From: Chrysomallon squamiferum
Lineage: Eukaryota > Animalia > Mollusca
NCBI GenBank assembly: GCA_012295275.1
Contig: CM022677.1
Coordinates: forward strand, 11,594,001-11,658,000
DNA length: 64,000 bases
Direction: 5' to 3'
Under the pieces are notes generated by a model. That model was not told the origin of the DNA and did not search any database. It saw only the letters and a program-made list of their open reading frames with translations. Positions within the stretch are counted from its first letter, which is position 1. Every line of letters begins with the position of its first letter. Of the stretch, positions 26,714 through 37,660 are shown piece by piece. Position numbers and translations under genes: made by a program.

Positions 26714-26820
26714 TTCTAACGCATTTTAAAAACCGTTCAATGTCACTTCATCTTCTGAGAGTGGTAATTTAATAAGGTAAGAGTTTCATCATGTATATTG
26801 GATAGAGGATCCTTGTCTCC
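26714..26820 (-). pseudogene. DVL: Dishevelled-type DIX domain N-terminal fragment, copy B
   Basis: ETRILY..(fs)IHDET(same 1-nt deletion)YLIKLPLSEDEVTLNGF*NAL vs Dishevelled [20 protein letters not shown]...VTLADFKNVL; DNA similar to 24655-24750. Confidence 0.7.
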
Positions 26821-28187
26821 TTAATCTTTGAGTATCCGGTTGTTAGATGAAAAGACAATATTTTTATAGCCAAATACTATCACAAGTGCCATACAGTTTT
26901 CAGGTTCATGGCTGTTGTATTAAAATTATGATTACCATTGTCTGATGAATAATGTAATCCAGTATAAGAATAGGTGAACAGTTTCCAGAACCCAAGTGCT
27001 CTTTGAGAATTCTGAAACTTTTGTTGTAGAACAAGGTTGCTGAAATTTGTATGTTTGATGGTGTAGATGTCTGAAATGGTTGTCATGGTAACTGTTGTTC
27101 TTGGCAAGGCTGTGTAATTTAACTTTCTTGTCTTTGCTGTTCTGCTTGGTTTTGTTTTGTAGCCGTATCCAAAGAAAGGTGCCGATTTTTTGGCTCCTGA
27201 TGTTTCTTGTTCACCACTGAACAGTGGCTTCTACTTCAGTCAGAGGCTTTTGACTTAAAGTATGAGTTTAGGAGTAAAGTAAATAAACTTTCACTTTTGC
27301 ATTGTATAACTTTAAACAAATATGTTTTTATTGAACTGAAAGCAACAAAAATAAAGGATAATTATTTAATACGCCTTAAAAGAAAAGATTAGAAACAAGG
27401 TAGACCTTTAATAAAACAATTTATTTATGTCAACTTAAATCTAACATTGAAAAATGACTCTTCTGAAAAACTGTACAATTCTAATCAATGATCCCAGAAT
27501 CATTTCCAGAAGATTCGTAAATGCACATTTTGTACTTCCTGTAAATATCCATTCTTTGTTTAATCACTGATCAGATGGTTCTGCCAACTTCGACATCTCT
27601 TAATACAATTACATCATGAACTGGAGAATGTTTTGAGTCTTCTATCAGTGTGTTGCTTCTCTCTGTCTAATATATCTGATAATTTTAACATGCACTTCTG
27701 TATGTAATTCATTATTATTATTATTATTATTTTTTCTTTTGTTACTGTCCACAAACATAGTATTGGTATTTTATTACTATTTGAGGATGTTATTTTCTCT
27801 TTGATGAAATGAGAGCCAGAAAAATCTTGTTTGTCAAAATCGTTAATTGATGTAAATCATTCCTATGTTGTCTTTCATAAAATTCTTCTCCTTCCACTGA
27901 TAACTCTAAAGGTGTGGTGTTCTACTTTATCCCTGACATATTTGATAATTATTTTAACAATAATTTTAGTCATTTGTTTTTTTCTATGTGATCATATTGA
28001 AACCAGTGATATACATATTTATATATCATTAACACATTTTTTTATTCTGTTTTATTTTATCTCTTACCTGATGTAGTGGCTTTCCTAGGTGAATTTCAGA
28101 GCTAGAATTGTTTTCAGTAATTTCTTGTGAGAAGTAGCCATGTGAAAACATATTTAGTGGAAAAGATAATATGATAATAAACAAGGG

Positions 28188-28294
28188 AATGGGAAAATGT
28201 TCATGCAGATTTTTGTGATGAACACTTTCCCTATATGCACTACCTCACAGAAAATTAAAGACTGGCATTCAAAGCAATCATAGCGAAATTTCAT
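28188..28294 (-). pseudogene. ZZ-type zinc finger remnant
   Basis: MKFRYDCFECQSLIFCEVVHIGK(fs)HHKNLHEHF resembles ZZ consensus RYxCxxCxxxxxCxxC...HxxxH. The first CxxC is missing. Confidence 0.4.
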
Positions 28295-28699
28295 ATGTTT
28301 GTTAAAATTAAGACTATAAAACAATACACATTCATTCATCTTTTTTTTAAAGTAATTTTATTATTGATTGGCATCTGAAACAGTGAAAAAGAATAAAATC
28401 TCGTTTCTCAAATATTTTCCAGTTTATAGCATAACATCTCAAATTTAATCTTTTCGAAATTTCAGCACATCAATGTTCTCAGTTAATAAAAAAAAAACTG
28501 AATTAAGACTGTTCCAAGTTTCAGTTTGTAAGTTCCCTATTAATAAGAAAATTGAATTTCAACCATTCAGAATTTCAGTTCTTCAATATTCCCTATTAAT
28601 AAGAAAACAGAATTTAAACTTCAATATTTAAAATCAGAACTTGAACCAATTTATCAGTGTTTTTTGATTAGTAAGAAATGTGAATTACTACTGTTCCAC

Positions 28700-28792
28700 T
28701 TTTCCACCACCAACTTAGTACTCTTCCTCATTTTAATCAAGAAGTTTAGCTAATCCAAAATCTGTAATCTTCATCTGATTCGGGGTTTGTGC
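28700..28792 (-). pseudogene. EGFR: Orphan EGFR-family tyrosine kinase exon fragment with two stops
   Basis: [28 protein letters not shown] vs EGFR [30 protein letters not shown]. Preceded by polypyrimidine-AG and followed by GT at the GGK| position where EGFR has an intron. Confidence 0.85.
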
Positions 28793-29454
28793 TGTACAAA
28801 GATAAAGAAATAAGATAAATATATAATTATTATTATTATTATTGTTATTGGTGTTACTTGTCCAAGGGGTAGATATCCTAGGGTTTGGTTGTCCAGGGCA
28901 GATATTACCAACTCCATATAAATATTTTACAAATAAATATCTGCATTCTATTACTATCATCACCGTCATCATCATTGCCTCGTTTACATCATCATCACTG
29001 CTGTCTTCTACATTATCATCATCATCATCATCATGGTATCTTTTACATCATGATCATCATCACTGCCATTTTCTACATCAACATCGTCATCACCATCACC
29101 ATTATTATTAATACTATGAACATAAGAATAAGAAACGGTTAAGTTCAGCCATAGCAGCAGAATAAAATATATAATAGAATAGTAAAATATATAGATGAAT
29201 AAATATTTCTATTTTTGATCAGTAGAATAAAAAAAATAACAGATGGATACCAGTTGAAGGAAAACTAATACACTTAGAGTGATGTTGTAAGGCTTCAAAT
29301 ATTACTCATATCCTAGTAGGAGACAAAATTCTATTAGCAAAGAAGTTTTTCCAAACTGGAGAAGTAAATATACGACTGATAACAGACTGACTGTTAATGT
29401 GTCCAGCTGGAAAATTTCGTCCGACTTTCCTGACTCTGAGACGTGGCAATTTCC

Positions 29455-29600
29455 ATGTCTTGTGTGCACGAAGATGGTGAATCTTTCAGAGCAAACTGGA
29501 CAATTTATTCTGCTTCTAGACCACCTCAACAAACAGCTGAAAAAAAAAAACCTCATGTAAACACGAGTCTTCATGACATTTATCTAAAAGGTCTTCTAAA
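29455..29600 (-). pseudogene. Topors-like C3HC4 RING finger remnant
   Basis: LEDLLDKCHEDSCLHE(fs in T-run)FSCLLRWSRSRINCPVCSERFTIFVHTR vs Topors LDRFDNVSYLDRCLHKFCFRCVQEWSKNKAECPLCKQPFDSIFH. The first CxxC is lost. Confidence 0.65.
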
Positions 29601-29624
29601 ATTCTTCTGACTTATCTAATTCAG

Positions 29625-29873
29625 GTTTTGTGGTGATTCAGCAGTGGTGGTTGATGCTGATGTTGATTACCCTGGTCTTTCTCCACGTGATGTTTCTCCA
29701 GAGAAATATTTTGAAGTTTCAGGCTGTGTTGATTCAGCAGTGGTGGGTGATGCTGATGATGTCCCTGGTCTTTCTGCTCTGTGATGTTTCTCCAGAGTCA
29801 CATTTAGCAGTTTCAGACTGTTGTATTGATTCAGCAGTGTGGGTGATGCTGATATTGATGTCCCCAGTCTTTC
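29625..29873 (-). repeat. ~96-bp coding-like tandem repeat (32 aa, S/T/E-rich) running into the gap
   Basis: gattcagcagtg at 29635, 29731 and 29828; minus strand reads ERPGTSSASPTTAESTQPETSKYFSGETSRG. Confidence 0.8.
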
Positions 29874-30073
29874 NNNNNNNNNNNNNNNNNNNNNNNNNNN
29901 NNNNNNNNNNNNNNNNNNNNNNNNNNNNNNNNNNNNNNNNNNNNNNNNNNNNNNNNNNNNNNNNNNNNNNNNNNNNNNNNNNNNNNNNNNNNNNNNNNNN
30001 NNNNNNNNNNNNNNNNNNNNNNNNNNNNNNNNNNNNNNNNNNNNNNNNNNNNNNNNNNNNNNNNNNNNNNNNN
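29874..30073. other. Assembly gap (200 N)
   Basis: Run of n. Confidence 1.
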
Positions 30074-30154
30074 AACAAAATAACAAAAAGAAATCACATA
30101 GAAATATATTTTGTTTTCAATAAATGAAGCGACGAGAGATTATTAGAGATATCA

Positions 30155-30907
30155 TAAGTCTGCTGAATATAGATCATTCACTCCATTTACTGAATTCACT
30201 AAAATGATTTTATTTAAACCTATATATTATTTTTATTTCTATTTAACATAACTGTTTCTTTATAATATATATATATGCCTCTTTTACTCTTGTTTAATTA
30301 TTCTTTCTTAATTATTATATTTATTTATCATTTTAATTAGTGTTATTGTAGTTATTGTTCTTATTTTTATCGTTAATCTCGTTATTTGAGATATTATTAC
30401 TCAAAAAAAGAAACAATTATCAATAGATATACAGACACACGCACAGACATAGAAAAGAATCTGGTTACACCTGTTTGCCTTACATAAGTTGATATGTATG
30501 TAGTTAAATATCAGAGAGATACACTGAAGATAGCTAGAGATGGATATAGAAATAGACAGACATTTTACATTTCATAGGCAAATGAACATGTTTGTATATG
30601 AGTTATAATATAATATTAACCTCGCTTTTGACATCTTTTCTTTTATTGGTCATTTTAATCTCTCTGTCGGTCTGTCTATCCATCTATATATCTATATGTC
30701 TGTCTGTCTGACTGTCTATATCTCTGTCTGTCTATCTATCCTCCTACCTATCTACCTCTCGGACTGTAGAGATAATGCAGGTGTAGCTGTAATTATAACT
30801 TCAGTAATTTTGTTATAAACACTGCAGAAAATATTGATAATAAACCAGCGATGATATTTTATCTCACTGGGAGAGATTCTGTGTATTCTGAAAATACTGA
30901 AGGATCT

Positions 30908-30938
<31 letters not shown>

Positions 30939-31116
30939 TATTCTTAACCAACTAATTAATTTGTGTTTTAATTTATATGTAAGAATCTGTGTTAAAATTT
31001 CAAGTATTTATGAAAGATACATTTGTAAATAATATGGTGAAGTTAGTTCATTTTAATATAGTAAATTTATATTTACCTCTAAATTGCAACCCCACTAACT
31101 TAACAAATAATAATAA

Positions 31117-31162
<46 letters not shown>

Positions 31163-31186
31163 GTAATGTGGAAGACATCTAATTTT
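30155..31186 (+). repeat. Older diverged paralog of the amplified unit (matches ~14045-14105, 14915-15605, 16020-16150) lacking the pogo/PHD insert
   Basis: ctgaatatagatcattcact...ttttatttaaacc|ta, then resumes at tttatttatcattttaa; later aaacactgcagaaaa...tctcactgggag...aaatactgaaggatctta. Confidence 0.85.
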
Positions 31187-32560
31187 GTTCATAGGCATCT
31201 TTAAAAGTTGATTCGTTATTCAACTTGTTAGTACGTACTACCAATTAATGAAAAATTAAGCTTTATTATTTATTTATTTATTATGCAAAATAAAATTAAA
31301 GAACATGTTGTTAATTAAAAAATAAACTTGTATTTTTTCAATAAACTGTGTTTTCAATACATAATATTATAGCTGCGCCTCTGTTTAGAACATAAAAAAT
31401 AGTGATGGCGGTAGGGAAGTTGAGTGTTATTATAAGTAAGTAAACATTTTCTTTCTTCTTGTAGATGTAGATTTCTTTCTTTCTACGGATGGGTCACCTC
31501 CATGGGTGTCCATGGGCAAAACCGTCTTCCCGTGTGTAGTGGTCCAACAAGCACGACATGACAGTTGAAATGATACGAAAAGCAGCTCAAACCACAAACT
31601 GATAAAAAAAACACCCGATGAATATAAAGTTGATAATAATTATTAAAACACTATGTTATTTACGAAACATCATAAACGTGAAGAATGTGAACATGGTGAT
31701 CAGTAAAAATAGCATTGAAATTTAGATTAATTTATTACAATAATCGGACATCTCGGTTCTTGGTTTTGTTTCGGTTTGAATAGCAAGACATATCTTTGCT
31801 GTAGACATACCTAAAATAACATGAATTACTCCGAAAATAAAAAAATAATAATTATTGATGACAATAGTTAAAAAATAAATTATAATAAAATTTAAATCAC
31901 TGAAGATTTCGAGCCTACCAATTATAATTTATACTAAGCGTACATTCGGTGTTATAAAATGTTTATTTTTATATCGATCGGAGTTGAAAATAAAAATTAA
32001 TATTCGGCTAACTTCGTTTTTACGTTCGGATGTATGACGTCATCAATGCTTTGTTTACATAGATACAGTTGGCGATATTGAAGATAAGCGCATTCGAGTT
32101 AGTTCTGACTTTACTTTCCTTCTTTTTTACTTTGTATATTGAATTGCATCTGCAAGTGATGAAGGTTACATTTGTGTAGGTTTAATTTTTATATTATTAA
32201 CATATTTAAGTCCAAACTGGACATATTGTTTTATTCACAGTGAGGTTGTGCTAGATTATTTTTAGATTAGATAATCAACGATAACTGAAAACTGTGTGTA
32301 TGCATTACTTTCTAACCTCTAATGCTATGATTCCTGTTTCTTATATTGTTAATATACCCTTGTCAAAATATGTTTATTTTTACACAAAAATAACAACAAT
32401 CAATTACAGATAGTGTTTCGATTGTTTTTATTTAAAAAGAATAAAGGATATGTAAAACATATCTTATTATCTGACAACTATTATTTTATTAATTCTTCCC
32501 GTCTAAAAATATTTAGTGAATGGTTTCTATAAAATACCTGAAAAGTTCTGTTATTTTCAG

Positions 32561-32699
32561 AATCCGTTTCGAAGAGTCCATGGACGTCATCCCCTTCGAC
32601 GACAGAGACATTCAATCAATGGAGGCTGACCCATTCGACGACAGAGACATTCAACCAATGGAGGTTGACCCATTCGGGGAACCCATGGATACAACCTGA
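32561..32699 (+). CDS. PMEVD-repeat exon (2 units), putative terminal coding exon of an unknown small acidic protein
   Basis: ttttcag|A ATC CGT TTC GAA GAG...; IRFEESMDVIPFDDRDIQSMEADPFDDRDIQPMEVDPFGEPMDTT*. Confidence 0.35.
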
Positions 32700-33285
32700 G
32701 AATAAGGTATCGTAATAAAATATGTTGAAACATTATTATTTTTCGCAAGTATTCTCTACTTTCATATTAGACACAGCTATACTGCGAATAAGTAATCATG
32801 ATATTATATAATGAATAAACATGTTTCTTTTTTTCTTGTACAGGTGGATTTCTTTTGTTCTCTCGATCTGCAAGTGATGAAGGTTACGTTTGTGTAGGTT
32901 TAAGTTTTATATTATTAACATATTTATGTCCAAACTGGACATATTGTTTTATTCACTGTGAGGTTGTGCTAGATTAGTTTTAGATAACTGAAAACTGTGT
33001 GTATGCATTACTTTCTGACCTCTAATGCTATGATTCCTGTTTCTGATATTGTTAATATACCATTGTCAAAATATGTTTATTTTTACATAAAAATAACAAC
33101 TATTAATTACAGATAGTGTTTAAAATGAATAAAGGAGTGTAAAATTACAGATAGTATTTAAAATGAATAAAGGAGTGTAAAACAAATCTCATTATCTGAC
33201 AACTATTATTTTATTAATTATTCACGTCAAAAAATATTTAGTGAATAGTTTGTATAAAGTATTTGAACAGTTCTGTTATTTTCAG

Positions 33286-33502
33286 AATCCGTTTCGAAGA
33301 GCCCATGGACGTCGACCCCTTCGACAACAGAGACATTCAACCAATGGAGGTTGACCCATTCGACGACAGAGACATTCAGCCAGTGGAGGTTGACCCATTC
33401 GACGACACAGACATTCAACCAATGGAGGCTGACCCATTCGACGACAGAGACATTCAACCAATGGAGGTTGACCCATTCGTGGAACCCATGGATACAACCT
33501 GA
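33286..33502 (+). CDS. PMEVD-repeat exon (4 x 39-bp units), putative terminal coding exon of an unknown small acidic protein
   Basis: Acceptor ttttcag; IRFEEPMDVD(PFDDRDIQPMEVD)x4-PFVEPMDTT*, then gtatga donor; in-frame 13-codon repeat. Confidence 0.45.
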
Positions 33503-33635
33503 GTATGACGTATCAAAATAAAATATTTGGTTTTTTCGCAAATATTCTCTACTTTCACATTAGACACAGCTATACTGCGAATGATGTAAAGATAGTATTA
33601 TAATAAATAAACATTTTTCTTTTCTTCTTGTACAG

Positions 33636-33837
33636 GTGGATTTCTTTGGTTCTCTCGATCGTTCACGTCCAATGCAAGGAAACCGACGTCCATGGGCTCC
33701 ACCCTCTTCCCGTGTGTAGCGGGCCACGTGAAAAGCACGACCTGGAGCTGACTTGAAGCGAAAAGCAGCTCAAAGCATGAACTGACAAAAACAACTGATG
33801 AACACAAGTTGACAATCACGAAACATCATAAACATGT
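33636..33837 (+). other. Downstream exon-like segment of the PMEVD gene (3' UTR or decayed coding)
   Basis: tttcttcttgtacag acceptor; VDFFGSLDRSRPMQGNRRPWAPPSSRV*; ends near atgtaagt. Confidence 0.35.
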
Positions 33838-34413
33838 AAGTCATGCCAGTCATTTATATCTTGATCAGTGGTGGGGACAGCAAATTAAAGAAGAATTTTC
33901 CTCTCATTGTTGCACAATATATATTTACAAAACAGTAACAGCAATTCAGAATATGTTTTAGAATACTTATATATATAATCAACCCATGTACATATTTTTA
34001 CATTTGTAAAGATTAATATTTTTCTAAATAAAAAAAATGGTGTTGTTTTTCTCTTTCATGCAATCACAGATTGAGCACAGATTTTGTTTTTAAAATCAAC
34101 ATTATTACATAATAAAGTATAGTTTATAAATTTTAATTTGTTCTATTTATTTATTATTTTGAAGTGTTCAAACTCATTTCAGAAATGATATCAGATTTTA
34201 TTCATGCTGAGAAGACAGAAATCTCGTGTGGTTGGCCGCTCCGTATATCTTAGCGATCACACCCAGGACCGGTCCCAGGGATTTTATCTTTTATTCTAAA
34301 CATCTCAATATACAATAGCCATGACTACATGCAGGTACCTCCAGACATTGTTGTTCTGTTATATTTTCACATAACAGTCGCTATTAGTATTAATGCTGAA
34401 TATAATATATATA

Positions 34414-34454
<41 letters not shown>

Positions 34455-36352
34455 CAGATTTTATTCATACTGAGAAGACAGAAATCTCGTGTGGTTAGCC
34501 GCTCGGTGTATCTTAGCAATCTATATTTAGGGTATTGCTACTTTTTTCTAATTTAGAATACAGTGCCATTTCTTCTCTTATCATATTTACCTACTAATCA
34601 GCAGATGAAGACTATGCTTTCAGTGTAGACAAACACAGACTAGATTTCCAGATTAATGTTCTTTTCATAAACAATGCGAGAAATCACTAATCTCTCATTA
34701 ACAATTTATTGGTACTTCCAGTCATGCCTACCTCCTAACTCCATATATTCCTCATCACACATTTTAGATATTAAGCCAAATTCCATTGATATATCACTCA
34801 ATCCAATGACCTACAATGAGGACCTTATTTATTAACAATGTGATGTCTGAAAAGTAATTGCTTATATAATTGAAAACCTTTCAATCCATCATTCCCTCTT
34901 TTTATCCTTTTATTATTTTCTCAGTTTTTCTTTGCACCAAAACTTTCATCCATCTAACACTCCATCCATCCTTACCTACCTGCATGTTTCTATCTATCTA
35001 TCGGTCTATCTATATATTTGTTTTATTTCATCATCAATTTCTCTGGCTATTTGTCTGTCTATCTGTCTCTTTATTGGTCAACCTGTGATGTAGCTTAATC
35101 TCGCACATGCTCACCTCTTTCTAACATAGAAACAGACTTTAATGACGAAATCATATGATTTGTTTTTACTCATATACATGTGCCCATTACCTGTCTAGCT
35201 AACCATTTATTCATCACTATCCTCTGTCTGTCTGTCTGTCTATATATATTTTTATTTATATAATTATCTCTCATTCTCTGAAAAATCATACACTCACGGC
35301 ATACTTCTCTGTTTCATAGTCAGGTCAATACCTGTTCTCTCTCTGTAACACACAGACACATATAACCACACCTACACATCAGTTTATCTATGTTAGCTGT
35401 ATATATATCTCTATATGTACCTAATTATTGTCTACCTAATATATCAATCTATCTCTGAAGCGATGTCTATCTCTATATCAATCTATCTCACCTTCTCAGT
35501 TATACATAGCCACAATATATCTTGCACACACACACAAGTACATACGCACACATACACACGTACGTATACACACTCTCTGTTTACATCCTTTTTAAGTATT
35601 TAAATCTATTCTTTCTATCTAGTTAGCTATCTATAAATATTTTTATTTATCTATCTATTTATGCTATATACATAACCAACACAATCAGTCGTTCTTACAG
35701 ATGTACAGGTATATACTCATGCATTCTATCTATCTTTCTAGTAATCTATCTACCTTTCTTCTGTCTATCAATTTACCTGTCTGTTATCATCTACCATCTA
35801 TCCACCCTTTTACACACACACACACACACACACATGTAGTTACTTATCCTTTTATATACATATACATACTAATCATCTTCTAAACATACAAATACATTAT
35901 AATTCCTATACACGTGTGTGTATGTATATATATATATATGAATGTGTGTATATTTATATGGATAGATGCATCCTTCCAACCAGCGTCAGTGAAGATTATT
36001 TATTTCATTTTAATTTATTTTATTTCAATTATTTTATTTTAGTTTTATTTATTTACTGATTTTTTATATGTTATATGAGATGTTATAAAAAGTGGGAAAA
36101 AAAAATACTGCAAAAAAAAAAAAAATGGGTACGAGATGGTGTATTACGTCATTGTCAAAAAAAAAAAAAAAAAAAGAAAAAAGAAACGTTACCACGTTTT
36201 CAACAATTACTACAGAGTATAGGCCATCTATGTATAAGAGGCATTGGTTATATGACATACTTCTCAAATTACTTTTAATGATCCATGTAGAATTATTGCA
36301 TTTATAAAATCCTACATGTTTAAAAGTGTGTAAATATTGATCGGCATTCGAT

Positions 36353-36400
36353 GCTGCCATCTTGGATTTCGATCGGAAGTTTCCGTGAGGTCACGGAAGT
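36353..36400 (-). promoter_or_regulatory. ETS x2 + YY1-like promoter element, copy 3
   Basis: Same motifs as 13476-13523. Confidence 0.45.
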
Positions 36401-36977
36401 TTTTAAACTTCCAAATACAATTATTTTACGTCAATTTTCTGAACTTTTAATGATTTACACTGATAAAGATGGTTGTTCATATTACAAAACCGTGATCTCT
36501 TGCGCCTTGCCTAACTACTTTTTCAATCAAAGTAAATGAAATAAATAAATAAAATAAATAAATGAAAAACATTAAATGAAATAGCAATTTTACAATAATT
36601 CTTCAAATAATAATATCACGTTAAATAAACACAAAATACAGGAAAATGGTTAGTTAAAAGAAAAAGAAAACGCAGGGAATGTTAATAAGCTGGTTCTGTC
36701 TGCTACAAAACATTATACAGAATTGGTTATTTTCATCTAAAAACAGCAAATCTAATTTACCGTCACCTCGTATATACGAGTAGTGATCTATTTCAGAAGT
36801 TCGTGGTCTAAGAGAAACAACTCTATTTAACACGCACGTTGGTAAATATACAAAAAAGATTGAGTGTTGAGTAAAATTAAATAAAAAATAAAAAAATAAG
36901 AAAAAATATTTCAAGTTGCCTGAATATAGATCATTCACTGAATTTACTAAATTCACTAAAATTATTTTATTTAAAAC

Positions 36978-37245
36978 TAGTATAAGTTGGGGTAATTCTG
37001 GGTTCAGGGCCATTCTGGCCTCCGAGGTATATTATGACTTGCAGCCGCTATACTATATTTTGAAGTTTCAAAAGTGAGTGTTATTTTTTAGTCCTATAGA
37101 CATAAGGTTAGTGATACATTATAAACAGGTAAATATATAATCGGTTTTTAAGTTCAGCAGAAGAAACTTGATTAATATGTGATAATTAGGCAAGAAATAT
37201 GCTTTTTATTTTGCTTCACCACTTCGGGCAATAAAATCAAAAGGC
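36978..37245 (+). mobile_element. 5' end of pogo-like transposon at TA, copy 3
   Basis: TA|gtataagttggggtaattctgggttcagggccattctggcc. Confidence 0.6.
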
Positions 37246-37246
37246 A

Positions 37247-37660
37247 TTGACAGAAGAAGAATGTGTCAAGAGGTATGAAGAAGAGTTGGCAGAGAAGAAG
37301 AAGGAGGAATAAAAGGCAAAGAAAGCAAATGTTTTAAAGGAAAAATTACAACCAAAAAAATAGAAGATACCAAAGTCAAAACGGCAGTTCAATTTTAAAG
37401 CTAAAGCAGAACCGGTGGATGCAGCCAAAGAAAACGTTGATGGTGATGAGCCTGAACTAGAAGACAGAGATGTAGTAGCTACACAAGAAAAATGTGAACT
37501 CTGTGGCAGAGTTAATGATGGAATGAATTCTGACGAGTTCATAGGATGTGACGGGTGCCCAAACTGGTGTTGTCTTGATTCTTGCGCAAATCTCGAAATC
37601 CCAGCTGGTGCAGACTTTAAAGATATTGTATTCGTGTGTGATATTTGTCAAGGAGTTTAG
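37247..37660 (+). pseudogene. pogo-like transposase C-terminus with PHD finger, copy 3 (internal stop/frameshift)
   Basis: LTEEECVKRYEEELAEKKKEE*...CELCGRV...CDGCPNWCCLDSC...CDICQGV*. Confidence 0.7.

Larger units (their letters stand above)
32148..33660 (+). repeat. Internal tandem duplication (~720-790 bp units) of the PMEVD exon block
   Basis: atctgcaagtgatgaaggttac at ~32148 and ~32866. Each unit carries the intron, the PMEVD exon and the tacaggtggatttc acceptor. Confidence 0.9.

Noticed and set aside
26880-27250. ~110-codon open stretch on the minus strand between ZZ and DIX
   Set aside because: Coding-like composition but no recognisable motif in any frame. It may belong to the chimeric relic but cannot be called.
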